From positions 6,053-70,052 of the forward strand of contig CBDCIT010000040.1 of the NCBI GenBank assembly GCA_965217615.1: DNA of 64,000 bases, in the 5' to 3' direction. Positions 9,606 through 19,596 of this stretch are shown in pieces. Numbering within the stretch: position 1 is the stretch's first letter; each line of letters starts with the position of its first letter. Source of the stretch: Alphaproteobacteria bacterium (GTDB taxonomy: Bacteria; Pseudomonadota; Alphaproteobacteria; UBA8366; CAVOAK01). Below the pieces are notes generated by a model. The model was not told where the DNA came from, ran no database searches, and saw only the letters and a list, made by a program, of their open reading frames with translations. Made by a program: the position numbers and the translations under genes.

Positions 9606-9865
9606 AATCTAGGAAGCGATTAGATAAACACAAGACCTTGTGGCGATTTTTTCTTCCATACCACATGATGCGGATATTATGAAAACGGGGAATCCAACGG
9701 CAGTGGGTGGATGCTCAAATGCGTTCGAAGCGCTTGGAGGGATAGTCGATAGCGGATGAACCTGGAGACGGGATCGACTTTGTCGGCTGCGAGTTAACCT
9801 ACCGTCCCGACAAGCCGACATTTGCCAGCGACCCCTCCACAGTTGAGAGCCATACGCACCGCCCG

Positions 9866-10849
9866 GTGACCATCAACGGCAAGCGCATGCTGGTCATCGA
9901 TATGCATGCGCACTCGCAAGTGTCCGACGTTTGGCCGCTGATTGAGGGTCGCTCTGAGTTCGGCGGCGAAAACTTCTATGCCCAAGGTCCCTTGAAGAGG
10001 GTTGAAGACCTGGTGACCCGCCTTGCCGAAATGGACCGGATGGGTATCGACATGAAAGTGCTGAGTATCTCGGTCGAACAGTATTTCTATTGGGCGGAGC
10101 GTGATCTGGCGGCCGAAATCGTGCGCGTTCAGAACGAGAAGCTGACCGAAGTAAGTGTGGCCTACCCGGACCGCTTCGTTCCGCTCGGCGCTGTCGCCTT
10201 ACAATATCCGGATCTTGCGGCGGAGCAGCTTGAGCACGCGGTCAAGAACTTGGGTCACCGGGGTTGTATGATCACCTGCAGCGTCGAGGGACGGGAGCTG
10301 GCGGATCCGCGATTTCATCCCTTCTGGGCGAAGGCGGAGGATCTGGACGTTGTCGTGTTCCTCCACCCAAGGGGGTTTGCGCAGTCGGAATCGCGCCTTG
10401 AGGGCAGGGGATATTTGACAAACGTCATCGGCAACCCGCTTGAGACCACGGTCGCCTTGGCGCATTTGATCTATGAAGGGACGCTGGATCGCTTTCCCGG
10501 CCTCAAGATTGTGGCGGCGCATGGTGGCGGCTACCTGCCGTCTTATATCGGTCGCTTTGACCATGGGCATATCGGCAATGATCGAGGTGGACGTGGGGCG
10601 GAGGCCAAAGTTCCAAGCGACTACCTCAAGCAACTGTATTTCGACACGCTGGTCTTTAGGACCGAGAACCTTGCCCACCTCATCGAGGAGTGCGGCGCCT
10701 CCCAACTCGTGCTGGGAACAGACCACCCGTTTGGCATGATGAACCTTAATCCGATCGCCCATCTTCTAAGCGTTCCCGGCCTCAGCGACGCCGATATCGA
10801 GGCGATTCTCAACGGCACTATTAGCAAGTTGCTGAAACTGGAGGCTTGA
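9866..10849 (+). CDS. amidohydrolase-2 family protein (ACMSD-like decarboxylase/hydrolase)
   Basis: Contains LVIDMHAH at the N-terminus, VVFLHP, AHGGGYLP and LGTDHPF, the metal-ligand pattern of PF04909-type enzymes. The start is GTG 9866 or ATG 9887. Confidence 0.8.
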   Translation: MTINGKRMLVIDMHAHSQVSDVWPLIEGRSEFGGENFYAQGPLKRVEDLVTRLAEMDRMGIDMKVLSISVEQYFYWAERDLAAEIVRVQNEKLTEVSVAYPDRFVPLGAVALQYPDLAAEQLEHAVKNLGHRGCMITCSVEGRELADPRFHPFWAKAEDLDVVVFLHPRGFAQSESRLEGRGYLTNVIGNPLETTVALAHLIYEGTLDRFPGLKIVAAHGGGYLPSYIGRFDHGHIGNDRGGRGAEAKVPSDYLKQLYFDTLVFRTENLAHLIEECGASQLVLGTDHPFGMMNLNPIAHLLSVPGLSDADIEAILNGTISKLLKLEA

Positions 10850-10946
10850 GGTCGGATCGGCGATCCTCTTCTGCCTGGACTTTGGCGGTGACGAGCTTCG
10901 CCTGCAGGCGATATGCTGTGTACAACAACTACTGGGGACGCTGGCG

Positions 10947-11345
10947 ATGGAAATCGAACAATTGGATCACTTCACAATTAACGTCGGCGATCTCGACGCC
11001 TCGACGCGCTTTTATACGGACATCGTCGGATTAAGAAAGGGCCCGCGGCCCGACTTTTCGGTTGGCGGCGCGTGGCTCTATTGCGGCGACCGCCCATTGG
11101 TTCACCTGATAGATGACGATTCACGCAGAACGGCACAGCTTGGTGCTGCGAACGGGGCAGGGGCACTCGACCATATTGCGTTCCGAGCGACGGGCTTCGA
11201 AGCAATGCGGCAGCGGCTGCGCGACAAGCGGGTAACCTTTGACGAACAGACCGTTCCGGGCCTGGACCTCCAGCAGCTCTTTCTCGAAGATCCCGATGGC
11301 ATCCGACTCGAATTCAATTTCCCGGTGTCGGAGGGCGGGGTATAG
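10947..11345 (+). CDS. VOC (glyoxalase/bleomycin-resistance/dioxygenase) family protein
   Basis: 132 aa with LDHFTINVGDLDASTRFYTDIVGL, LDHIAFRA and FLEDPDGIRLEF. Confidence 0.8.
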   Translation: MEIEQLDHFTINVGDLDASTRFYTDIVGLRKGPRPDFSVGGAWLYCGDRPLVHLIDDDSRRTAQLGAANGAGALDHIAFRATGFEAMRQRLRDKRVTFDEQTVPGLDLQQLFLEDPDGIRLEFNFPVSEGGV

Positions 11346-11434
11346 AAGCTCCGGACGAACTCCGCCGGCAACGTCGGCGCACCCAACCATCGACGTCAGG
11401 CGCACCTACCGGGCATTCAACCAATCTGCGGGGT

Positions 11435-12262
11435 ATGCTCTGGAAGACGGCAGGCACCTTTAACTTTTCCGTCCAGCAAGCGATCGTGCGTCACGTATCG
11501 TTCGGATTGCATCCCTTCGAAATCGCATTTTTTCGAAACCTCTTCGGCCTTCTCTTTGTGCTGCCTTGGTTTCGGCGTCATGGTTTGGAGCCGCTCAGGA
11601 CGAATTACATCGGGCTCCACGTGCTGCGCGCTACGCTCGAGATGATTGGAATGTTGTGTTTTTTCTACGCACTCAGCGTTACGCCATTGGCGCAAATTGC
11701 AGCGCTTGGATTCGCCACGCCGATCTTCACGACGATCCTTGCGGTGCTATTTCTCAAGGAAACCGTCGGAATTCGAAGATGGGTTGCAATTTTCTTCGGT
11801 TTCGCTGGCACGCTCGTCGCACTCAGGCTGGGGACCAGCTCGCTGACCACCGGTGCGCTTGTGATGCTGCTCTCAACCGTCTTCCTGGCTTTCGTCCTCT
11901 TGCTCGTCAAAATCCTAAGCCGCACGGATTCAAGCGTCACGATCATCAGCTACTCGAACGTCTTGATGTCGCCGATGTCACTTGTCGCGGCGCTGTTCTT
12001 CTGGCAATGGCCAAACGGGCCACAAATATTCTGGCTCGTCATTCTCGGGCTCGTCAGTACGGCGGCAAGTTTCATGGATACACAGGGACTTAGATATGCG
12101 GCAACGCATGTCGTAATGCCGCTCGAATTCCTAAAACTGATATGGGCTGCGGCGTTCGGCTTCATACTATTTTCGGAGATTCCGGACGCCTATACCTGGA
12201 TTGGCGGCGCCATGATTTTTGCAAGCGCTGGCTACATCGCCTACCGCGCCCGCGCGGCATGA
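11435..12262 (+). CDS. DMT-superfamily (EamA-type) transporter
   Basis: 275 aa, multi-TM, two EamA-like halves. The first helix looks short, so the N-terminus/start is uncertain. Confidence 0.7.
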   Translation: MLWKTAGTFNFSVQQAIVRHVSFGLHPFEIAFFRNLFGLLFVLPWFRRHGLEPLRTNYIGLHVLRATLEMIGMLCFFYALSVTPLAQIAALGFATPIFTTILAVLFLKETVGIRRWVAIFFGFAGTLVALRLGTSSLTTGALVMLLSTVFLAFVLLLVKILSRTDSSVTIISYSNVLMSPMSLVAALFFWQWPNGPQIFWLVILGLVSTAASFMDTQGLRYAATHVVMPLEFLKLIWAAAFGFILFSEIPDAYTWIGGAMIFASAGYIAYRARAA

Positions 12263-12377
12263 TGTGAGGTTGGGTTTCGATTGGCGTCGCTGCCGTGATA
12301 TTTTCGCGTCAGCGCTTAATGCGGTTATGCTTGAAGCGGCACTCGGACGAGCGGCAGAAACGGAGGCCAATCAGCGG

Positions 12378-12899
12378 ATGGCGGAACAATCCATCGATCA
12401 GCGGAATTTCCGTGATGCGCTGGGACAATTTTCAACCGGCGTTACTGTTATCACGACGCTGACCAACGACGGCGAACCAGAGGGCCTCACGGTAAATTCG
12501 TTCAACTCCTTGTCGCTGGATCCGGCAATGATTCTGTGGAGCCTATGGAAGGATACTCCAAACGCGTCGGTGTTTCTGGAATGCGAACATTTTGCCGTAA
12601 ACATCCTGTCGGCGGAACAGAAGCATTTTTCAGATCTATTCTCGTCTTCCTTCAGCGATAGATTCGCCGGCATCGACCTTCAAGCGGGAGCGAACGGAGT
12701 CCCGTTGCTGCCGTCTTGCCTCGCTTACTTCGAGTGCCGAAAGGACGCTTGTTATGATGGCGGGGACCATCACATCTTCGTCGGAACGGTTGATCATTTC
12801 CATTTCTCCGACGGCCAACCACTGATCTTCTTCGGTGGTCAGTATTGTACCGTGGGCGAGCCGGTGGATCCGAACGGCGATCCCAATGACAAACAGTAG
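12378..12899 (+). CDS. flavin reductase family protein (HpaC-like split-barrel)
   Basis: ATG 12378. Motifs FRDALGQFSTGVTVITT and GLTVNSFNSLSLDPAMILWSL. The ORF-track start at 12219 overlaps the DMT gene. Confidence 0.85.
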   Translation: MAEQSIDQRNFRDALGQFSTGVTVITTLTNDGEPEGLTVNSFNSLSLDPAMILWSLWKDTPNASVFLECEHFAVNILSAEQKHFSDLFSSSFSDRFAGIDLQAGANGVPLLPSCLAYFECRKDACYDGGDHHIFVGTVDHFHFSDGQPLIFFGGQYCTVGEPVDPNGDPNDKQ

Positions 12900-12933
12900 C
12901 TGGGATTCTCTTGCTCAGGCCTTCGTCCAAACC

Positions 12934-13326
12934 CTAAACGACTGCCGTCGCATCGATCTCCACCAGATAGTCGGGATTTGCAAGCCCCCGGGGGACACAA
13001 ATCGTGTTGGCCGGTGGATTCTCCGGGAAGTGCCTTTGAACTAAGGCACGCAGCTTTTGAACGTCGTGTGGAGAGCATACGTAACTCACCAGCTTTACGA
13101 CGTCGCCCAACGTCGCGTCGGCGTCGGCAAGGACCTTTTTGATATTGGCCATCACGAGTTCGCCTTGCGCATCGAAGTCACCGGGCCCGAGAATATTTCC
13201 CTCGGCATCGCCGGCAACCTGACCCGCGCAGAAAATGATGCGTTGCGCGCCCTCGACCATGACGGCGTGCGAATAGTGACTGAATGGCGTGTGCATCGCC
13301 TCTGGCTTGATATGATTTTTCTTCAA
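12934..13326 (-). CDS. RidA/YjgF family protein
   Basis: 130 aa with YSHAVMVEGAQRIIFCAGQVA, VVKLVSYV and VEIDATAV. Confidence 0.85.
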   Translation of the reverse strand: MKKNHIKPEAMHTPFSHYSHAVMVEGAQRIIFCAGQVAGDAEGNILGPGDFDAQGELVMANIKKVLADADATLGDVVKLVSYVCSPHDVQKLRALVQRHFPENPPANTICVPRGLANPDYLVEIDATAVV

Positions 13327-13430
13327 GGCTGTCCTCCGATTTGCCTACCTTCTTTGTAGAATTTGGCGGCCGCTCCGATTAACGGAGCCGGCAGGGACCA
13401 GTCGCTGCGGCAATACCGGCAACTCAGGTC

Positions 13431-14306
13431 TCAATGTAAAAGCGCGGCTTCGCGATACCAGTCGAGAATTTGCTCGCCTGTCCAGAAATGTACGCCCGGT
13501 CGGGTCGCCAACTCTTCATAAATCCGCTCGAAATATTTGATGCGGTGCGGGACGCCGCTGATATAGGGATGAACACAGATCGCCATCACCCGCGCGCTGT
13601 CCTTGCCCTCCTCGTAGAGGCGCTCGAATTGGTCAATCGTTCGCTCATAGAGCACACGGGACTCATGATGTTGGATCACCATCATCGGAATGTCGTTGAT
13701 CTCCAGGCTATAGGGTATCATGACGAGTGGCTTCGACCGCGTCTTGATCACGCATGGCTGGTCATCCATGACCCAGTCACAGACATACTCGATTCCCGCG
13801 TCGGCTAAAATCTCTGGTGTATCGTCAGTTTCTGTGAGACCGGGGCCAAGCCATCCGCGCGGTGGCGAGCCGGTAAAGTCGCGGATAGCGTCAACGGTCT
13901 GCTTGACGACGCTCGCTTGATCGGGCGCAAGATGCATGGCCTGTTGCTTGAACCCATGCCCCATAAATTCCCACCCGGCGTCTTTCATTGCCTCGGCTAT
14001 GCGAGGGTATGATTGACAGACCGAGCCATTAATCGCGGTCGTGGCCTTGATCCCGGCACGGTCGAGAGCTGCTTTCATGCGCCAAAACCCGACCCTCATT
14101 CCATATTCGTGCCATGACCAGTTGGCAATGTCGGGCAGCACGCTGGTGCCGGTCGGCGCCGACAAAACACCGCGCGGGATTGGGTTGGCGATATCCCATT
14201 CCTCGACATTGACGATCGTCCAAACGACAATGCGGGCGTCTCCGGGCAACTTGAGCGCGGGCCGGTCGATAATCGCGGAATAGTCGAAGCGTTCACGAGG
14301 CAACAT
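13431..14306 (-). CDS. polysaccharide-deacetylase family protein (PuuE/allantoinase-like)
   Basis: 291 aa with RFDYSAIIDRPALKLPGDARIVVWTIVNVEEW, NWSWHEYGMRVGFWR and GWEFMGHG. Confidence 0.75.
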   Translation of the reverse strand: MLPRERFDYSAIIDRPALKLPGDARIVVWTIVNVEEWDIANPIPRGVLSAPTGTSVLPDIANWSWHEYGMRVGFWRMKAALDRAGIKATTAINGSVCQSYPRIAEAMKDAGWEFMGHGFKQQAMHLAPDQASVVKQTVDAIRDFTGSPPRGWLGPGLTETDDTPEILADAGIEYVCDWVMDDQPCVIKTRSKPLVMIPYSLEINDIPMMVIQHHESRVLYERTIDQFERLYEEGKDSARVMAICVHPYISGVPHRIKYFERIYEELATRPGVHFWTGEQILDWYREAALLH

Positions 14307-14393
14307 TGCAATGATGTCTTTCTAAGGCGCGAGTGTCTGCGCCGATTTTAGTCGGAATACCCAGTTGCACCATGCACTGGAAGCGCAGATCGC

Positions 14394-15113
14394 TCACCAC
14401 GGTATGGATTTTTTGTCGCGGAAGAATCCACCACTTGGCCCATCGTCGGGCAAGGTCGCGAGCCAGATTACCGTTTCCACGCCTTGCTCTAGCGATCGCG
14501 GGGCGCCAGTCCCTCCCATGTCGGTCCGAACCCAACCAGGGCAAGCCGAATTCACTTTCACGTTTGATCCGTGAATGGCGTTGGCCGCAAGTCGCGTTAC
14601 TGCATTAAGTGCCGTCTTTGAAATGCGGTAGGCGGCCGAGCCATTGCCCATGTCCGTCAGCTGTCCCATCCCCGAGGACAAGTTGACGACGCGGCCCTCT
14701 CCCTGCATCAAGGGAACAAGCTTCTGGATGATATTGAGCGGACCAAATGTATTCGTCTCGAGGGTTCGGCGAAATATGTCCAATGCATCGTCCATAAGAT
14801 TCCCACTGCCCTCGGATATAAAGATTCCGGCGTTGTTGATCAAAGCGTCGAGACGCCCGAACTCCTTCTCAATAAACTCAGCGAGGCGCTTGATGCTCTC
14901 TTCGTTTGTCACGTCGAGCGGATGGAAGCGCACATCAAGGTCTTCGTCGCGGAGTTTTTGCGCCGAGGCCTCTCCTTTTTCTTGGTCGCGTGCCGTCAAC
15001 ACGACGGCAAATCCAAGGCGGGCTAACTGTTGGCAGGTTTCGAAACCGAGGCCCCTGTTAGCGCCGGTGACCAACGCGACCCTAATCTGTGTATTCACGG
15101 GACCGGCCTCCAC
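14394..15113 (-). CDS. SDR-family oxidoreductase (carbonyl-reductase-like)
   Basis: Contains VALVTGANRGLGFE (TGxxxGxG), NNAG, and YRISK (YxxxK). Confidence 0.85.
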   Translation of the reverse strand: MEAGPVNTQIRVALVTGANRGLGFETCQQLARLGFAVVLTARDQEKGEASAQKLRDEDLDVRFHPLDVTNEESIKRLAEFIEKEFGRLDALINNAGIFISEGSGNLMDDALDIFRRTLETNTFGPLNIIQKLVPLMQGEGRVVNLSSGMGQLTDMGNGSAAYRISKTALNAVTRLAANAIHGSNVKVNSACPGWVRTDMGGTGAPRSLEQGVETVIWLATLPDDGPSGGFFRDKKSIPW

Positions 15114-15269
15114 AAATGACCCTAACCAGACCCAGCATCATGCCCGATAGCAGCAACAGGTCAAATGAAAGACAACCGTAATTGTACGGTGTGGGTGCAA
15201 CGCGTCATTTCGAGGATTTTAATTCTCGCAGGCTCAAAACGTTTTGCCCGCGGTTCAGACGCCCTTGTC

Positions 15270-16295
15270 TTAATGCAGCCGGCTCTTTCTTGCTGCTGCC
15301 ACCTTGATTCGATCTATGTTCTCGATACCCTGGATCATCTCGGAAATGATGAAATCGGCCCGCCGATTTGGCCCGCCGGTCTCGCGATCCGGAAATTTCT
15401 TTGACCAGGCGTCAAGCTTGACCGTTAGCGCGCACAGCACGCCGCCAATCATTGTGTGGTTACTCTGGATCATTGCTTCAAACTCGCGGAACTTCGTCGC
15501 GTCGAGATCTTTCCACATCTCCGTGCTGCTGTTATCAAACAGCGTGAAGCGACTGTCGACGACTTTCTTCAGCTTGGTCAGCGTAGCTTTCATCTTGGCG
15601 CAACCACGCGTCACGCTGGAGTTTTGTTTTAGCTGGACGTTGGAACTGATTTCATCGATCGATCTCAGCAGATCCTGCATGCTCGGCTGCAGCAGGTCCA
15701 TGCAGCGTCTGTAATAGGAGATCGAAAGAAAAATATCGCCGTAATCCTCCAAATATTTTGGCACCTCTTCCAGCATGATGCCGAGCTTGCGTGCCATTTG
15801 TCGCAGGTTGTCGCGCGCGCGCTTCACATCAGGGTCGCGAAACAAATTTATAATATCTTCGTAGCTACCCAGATTTAGGTCGGTCTCGCCATAGACGTTC
15901 AATATGAGTGGCCGGGTGAACCGGTTCATATAGTCACGTAGTTCGCGACGCTTGCTTTCGGATAGTTTCAGTTCGTCAATGTCGTTGACCGGTATATCCT
16001 GGTCACGCAGCAAAATTCGTAAGCTGTAGACGTCGAAGCTCGGCATCTCCTGCAACTTGTAAAGGATGCTGTAGTCGGGATGTCCTCGAGAACTTGACCA
16101 GCCGAATGCCTTTCCAACCTCGCGGATGTCGATCTGCCCGCTGCCCCCATCTTCCTCGTGGAACAGCTCGAGCACACTATCGAGATGGGTGTTCTTTACC
16201 ATGCGCGCTTGGCGCAAGCCCTGCGTTTGCAGGGGCACAATTGACAGCGGCAACGCGTAAAGCGAATCCCTGTCCTGGTCCGAAATCGCCTCCAC
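15270..16295 (-). CDS. hypothetical protein, 341 aa, no family recognised
   Basis: Long uninterrupted ORF in a stretch of visibly lower GC (about 50%) than its neighbours. Predicted soluble and helix-rich. No motif I can assign. Confidence 0.6.
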   Translation of the reverse strand: MEAISDQDRDSLYALPLSIVPLQTQGLRQARMVKNTHLDSVLELFHEEDGGSGQIDIREVGKAFGWSSSRGHPDYSILYKLQEMPSFDVYSLRILLRDQDIPVNDIDELKLSESKRRELRDYMNRFTRPLILNVYGETDLNLGSYEDIINLFRDPDVKRARDNLRQMARKLGIMLEEVPKYLEDYGDIFLSISYYRRCMDLLQPSMQDLLRSIDEISSNVQLKQNSSVTRGCAKMKATLTKLKKVVDSRFTLFDNSSTEMWKDLDATKFREFEAMIQSNHTMIGGVLCALTVKLDAWSKKFPDRETGGPNRRADFIISEMIQGIENIDRIKVAAARKSRLH

Positions 16296-16555
16296 AACGG
16301 CCTCCCACGGCGATTTGTAAGGATTTGTAACACATAGACCTTCGCGACGTGCGGCGCAAGTCGGCTAACTTCGTGGTCTTAGCGGCGAACGAAACCGCAC
16401 GAAATAGCTCAATTCTTCTGCACAGTTGGACGCGAAGGCTCGAAAGTGGCCAAACGAATTGGCCACGTTGCGCCTCGCGGCGCACCGCTCAAGCAGGGAA
16501 GCAGCCCGGAGGCTTGTTATGCGCAGCGCCGGTTCGCGGGGCCGGCGCGACAGTG

Positions 16556-17026
16556 TCACGCCCGCCCGTGGGTCTCTTGGGAAAAGCGACCGACGCCCAA
16601 GTTTTCTCGTAGCGGGCTGCGCATATTGGCGGATGACGAGATCACGCGTCCACGCCATGCATCGCAGCCGCTTTGGCGGTCAATGAACAATGACGCGAGA
16701 TGAACTATGGCCTCCATCGACGTTTTTTCCGACGGATTTGGGGGTCTCGCGCTCTGACAATAGAAGCCAAGCATGCCCAAAAATCGGCTGTCTGTTGGCG
16801 AGCTGATTGGCGCGCACCAATAGTCCGAGAATCCATAATGAAGGGCGAGGCGGCGATGAATGGTACTGAGCCGATCGATTGGCTGGCTAACTGCATTGTT
16901 TTGTCTGTCCCATCGAAGCGCGACAGCGTTCGTTTTGCTGACTGCCAAGTTGTTTCACAATTTGGTCGATCTGCTCCGGAAATGCAGGAGCCGCACTGAT
17001 GGACGGCATCTGCGCTGCGGCGTCAA
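16556..17026 (-). pseudogene. GAF-domain sensor gene, distal part (IS256-interrupted and frameshifted)
   Basis: Continues the 18579..18421 frame across the IS (..CLLQIDA|AAQMPSISAAPAFPEQIDQIV..) to a stop at 16887. GAF-like similarity then resumes in another frame (VSQPIDRLSTIHRRLALHYGFSDYWCAPISS..FLGMLGFY). Confidence 0.6.
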
Positions 17027-18420
17027 GGCTGTGTCTCGAAAGTGGTGGAAATTTGAGGATGGCGTAATCTCCGGGTGACAAGACAACCACCCAACCGGCG
17101 GCTAGCACCGCCAAGGAGATCACGCCATGAAGAACACTACCGAGACTTCCGCGCTTTCGCTACTGGCCAATGACGCCGGCTATGATCCGCTCGAGGACCG
17201 GCTGCGGGAGAACATCAGATCCACGATCGAGGCCGTTTTTGAGGAGGAACTTGCGCAGTTTCTCGGGCGCTGCCGATACGGTCGAGAGGACGCGCTTCGG
17301 CAAGGGTATCGGAACGGGCACCGGGAGCGGCAACTGACGGGGACATTCGGGACCGAGAGGGTGAGCGTGCCGCGTGCACGGATCGTTGAGGAAGACGGTC
17401 GGGCGTCGGAATGGCGTTCGCGGGCGCTGCCGCGCTACCAGCGGCTGACCAGAAAGGCCGAGGCGCTGATCGCTTCGGTGTATCTGTCCGGAACCAACAC
17501 GCGGCGGGTGAAACGCGCGCTGTTCGGGCTCTTCCGGGGTGCTGTGAGCAAGGACGTTGTGAGCCGGGCGTGGCGCAAGGTGAAGGTCGATTGGGACGCC
17601 TGGTGCAGCCGTGGCCTCGCGGATGAGGATATCGTTCGGCTGATCCTTGACGGCACTGTGATCAAGACCCGACTGGATCGCAAGGCCACCAACATCTCGG
17701 TTCTCGCGGCTATAGGGGTGCGCCGGGATGGCCAGAAGGTCTTGCTTTCGATCGGGAATATGGGCGGAGAAAGCCAGGCGGCGTGGCGCCAGTTCCTCGA
17801 CGACCTTGATGCGCGTGGACTGAAACGGCCCGGGTTTGTCATCGTCGATGGCGCGCCGGGACTGGAGGCGGCTCTGTCGGCGCTTTGGGGCGATGACCTT
17901 CCCGTTCAACGCTGCACCGTGCACAAGCACCGCAACCTTCTGGGTCATGCTCCCAAACACATGCATGACGAGCTGAGCGAAGATTACCGCGATATGATCT
18001 ATGCCGACACTGCCTCCGAGGTGGAAACCCGCCACAAGGCGTTTGTCCGCAAGTGGCGGCTGAAATGCAGGGCCGTCGCGGACAGCCTCGCAGAAGCGGG
18101 CGACAAGCTCTTTACCTTCACGCGCCTGTCCAAGAGCCAATGGAAATCAGCCCGAACGACCAACGCCATTGAGCGTCTCAACGAGGAGTTCAAGCGCCGG
18201 ATCAAAACACAGACCGTGCTGCCGTGTCCCGAAACAGTGCCGATGCTCCTCTGGGCGCTCCTCGCTTCCGGCCAAATCCAGATGCGCAAAGTCGATGGAT
18301 GGGAAACCCTCGATCAGCTAATCGCCGACGAAACCCTTGACCGAGCGGCCTGACCGCCGCAAAACTCAGCCCGCTCGGAGAGGCGCCAAAACCAATTTCC
18401 ACCACTTTCGAGACACAACC
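17027..18420 (+). mobile_element. IS256-family insertion sequence, copy 2 (1,394 bp)
   Basis: 27-bp terminal inverted repeats with one mismatch. The 8-bp target duplication GGCGTCAA is at 17019..17026 and 18421..18428. Confidence 0.95.
17127..18353 (+). CDS. IS256-family DDE transposase
   Basis: 408 aa, near-identical to the ORFs at 3..1229 and 30049..31275. Confidence 0.92.
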   Translation: MKNTTETSALSLLANDAGYDPLEDRLRENIRSTIEAVFEEELAQFLGRCRYGREDALRQGYRNGHRERQLTGTFGTERVSVPRARIVEEDGRASEWRSRALPRYQRLTRKAEALIASVYLSGTNTRRVKRALFGLFRGAVSKDVVSRAWRKVKVDWDAWCSRGLADEDIVRLILDGTVIKTRLDRKATNISVLAAIGVRRDGQKVLLSIGNMGGESQAAWRQFLDDLDARGLKRPGFVIVDGAPGLEAALSALWGDDLPVQRCTVHKHRNLLGHAPKHMHDELSEDYRDMIYADTASEVETRHKAFVRKWRLKCRAVADSLAEAGDKLFTFTRLSKSQWKSARTTNAIERLNEEFKRRIKTQTVLPCPETVPMLLWALLASGQIQMRKVDGWETLDQLIADETLDRAA

Positions 18421-18579
18421 GGCGTCAATTTGCAACAGACAGACCGAAATGTCCTTATGGGTCTCTTCCGCCGATCGGCAGAGCGAAGCCAATATGCGGT
18501 TAAGCGGACCGACTTGGCTCAGAAGGTCTAGGATTTGCGTGTCCCTACAACGCCGACCGACGTTAGATGAACTAGTCAA
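18421..18579 (-). pseudogene. GAF-domain sensor gene, proximal (N-terminal) part
   Basis: ILDLLSQVGPLNRILASLCRSAEETHKDISVCLLQIDA resembles the start of a GAF domain and runs straight into the IS256 right end. Probable TTG start at 18579. Confidence 0.55.
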
Positions 18580-18636
18580 CTGCCAGACATCCGTGCTTTG
18601 GCCAGAGCTGCGATAATGTGACGTGCTTCATCAGTC

Positions 18637-19125
18637 TTACCCGACAGGTACTCGTGAAGTGAATTTGTTCGGTCGTGTCGAAGGCGCCAATGTGACGTCT
18701 CCGGACACCGGTTCGCTGTCTGGAAAGAGTCCGCTGAGGATAGCGGCGGCATACGGCTTCAGTACTCGAAGGTCTTCGGGTCTCGGTGTGCGGTAGTACT
18801 CGCGGAGGGCGAACGCGCTTCGCAGCAGGTTGTCGCACAATCCGCGGTATACGACTTGTTCCGTCCCTTCGATGCTGCCGTCGACATTCCTGATGATGTG
18901 GATCAGGCGCGTGAGCCGCCTGTGCGTTTGGTTTGTCACTTGTCGTTCGTCATAGTCGTTTGTGATTTGATTCGTGAGAGCCACAGCTTCCTGCGTTTGG
19001 CGTTCAAGCTGACGCTCGTTGATCAGGATCCGCGCTCGTTCGATTCTCTCCTGATGCTCAATTTGGATCTGTGACTCGCCAAGCGCCTTTTCACGGAGCG
19101 AATTCGGCACCTCGATCATCGGCAT
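18637..19125 (-). CDS. hypothetical protein, 162 aa
   Basis: Uninterrupted ORF with a Gln/Glu/Arg-rich helical N-terminal half, in a lower-GC stretch. No family recognised. Confidence 0.45.
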   Translation of the reverse strand: MPMIEVPNSLREKALGESQIQIEHQERIERARILINERQLERQTQEAVALTNQITNDYDERQVTNQTHRRLTRLIHIIRNVDGSIEGTEQVVYRGLCDNLLRSAFALREYYRTPRPEDLRVLKPYAAAILSGLFPDSEPVSGDVTLAPSTRPNKFTSRVPVG

Positions 19126-19197
19126 ACTCGATACTTCTTCGCTCCTCCCTCTGTTGCGTCGGTCCGGCCCGACAAAGTGTGAAGTTACGACAAACGC

Positions 19198-19595
19198 TCA
19201 GCGATGATTGATCAACAGATTAATTTGCGTGAACAACTGTTTCGGTGAAATGGGCTTCACCATCAAGTCGTCGGCGCCCGAATCGACCGCCATTTCGATA
19301 AGCGCGCTATCGGCTGACCAAGTTGTCAATATGACGGGTACGAAGGGATTATTCCCAAGTTCGCTATGGCGAAGCGCCTTGATAGTTTCGTGAGTATTGC
19401 CGTCCGGGAGATCTGTGTCGGCGAACAGAAGATCCGGCGCTTGCCGTTCGACCGCTTTGCCGAGGTCGTAAAGGTTGTCGAAGCGTGGATACTCTTGAAA
19501 CCAGCCTCGTGGAATCTGCTCCGCAGGCTAGCACGGGCGATCATCTTAGACTCGCCAAGATAGACATCTATATGGGCGCGATGCTGGAGTTCCAT
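19198..19595 (-). pseudogene. CheY-like response-regulator receiver, frameshifted (398 nt)
   Basis: MELQHRAHIDVYLGESKMIARASLRSRFHEAGFKSIHAS, then one missing nt near 19477..19487, then DNLYDLGKAVERQAPDLLFADTDLPDGNTHETIKAL..VPVILTTWSADSALIEMAVDSGADDLMVKPISPKQL. The receiver Asp, Thr and Lys positions are recognisable. Confidence 0.65.
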
Positions 19596-19596
19596 C

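Noticed and set aside
1-18420. Inverted IS256 copies 1 and 2 bracketing 1330..17026 as a composite transposon carrying the sigma/peptidase/catabolic genes
   Set aside because: Copy 2 has its own 8-bp duplication (GGCGTCAA), and the two halves of one GAF gene lie on either side of it, so it is a simple insertion. Copy 1's outer end is off-window, so nothing supports a shared duplication.
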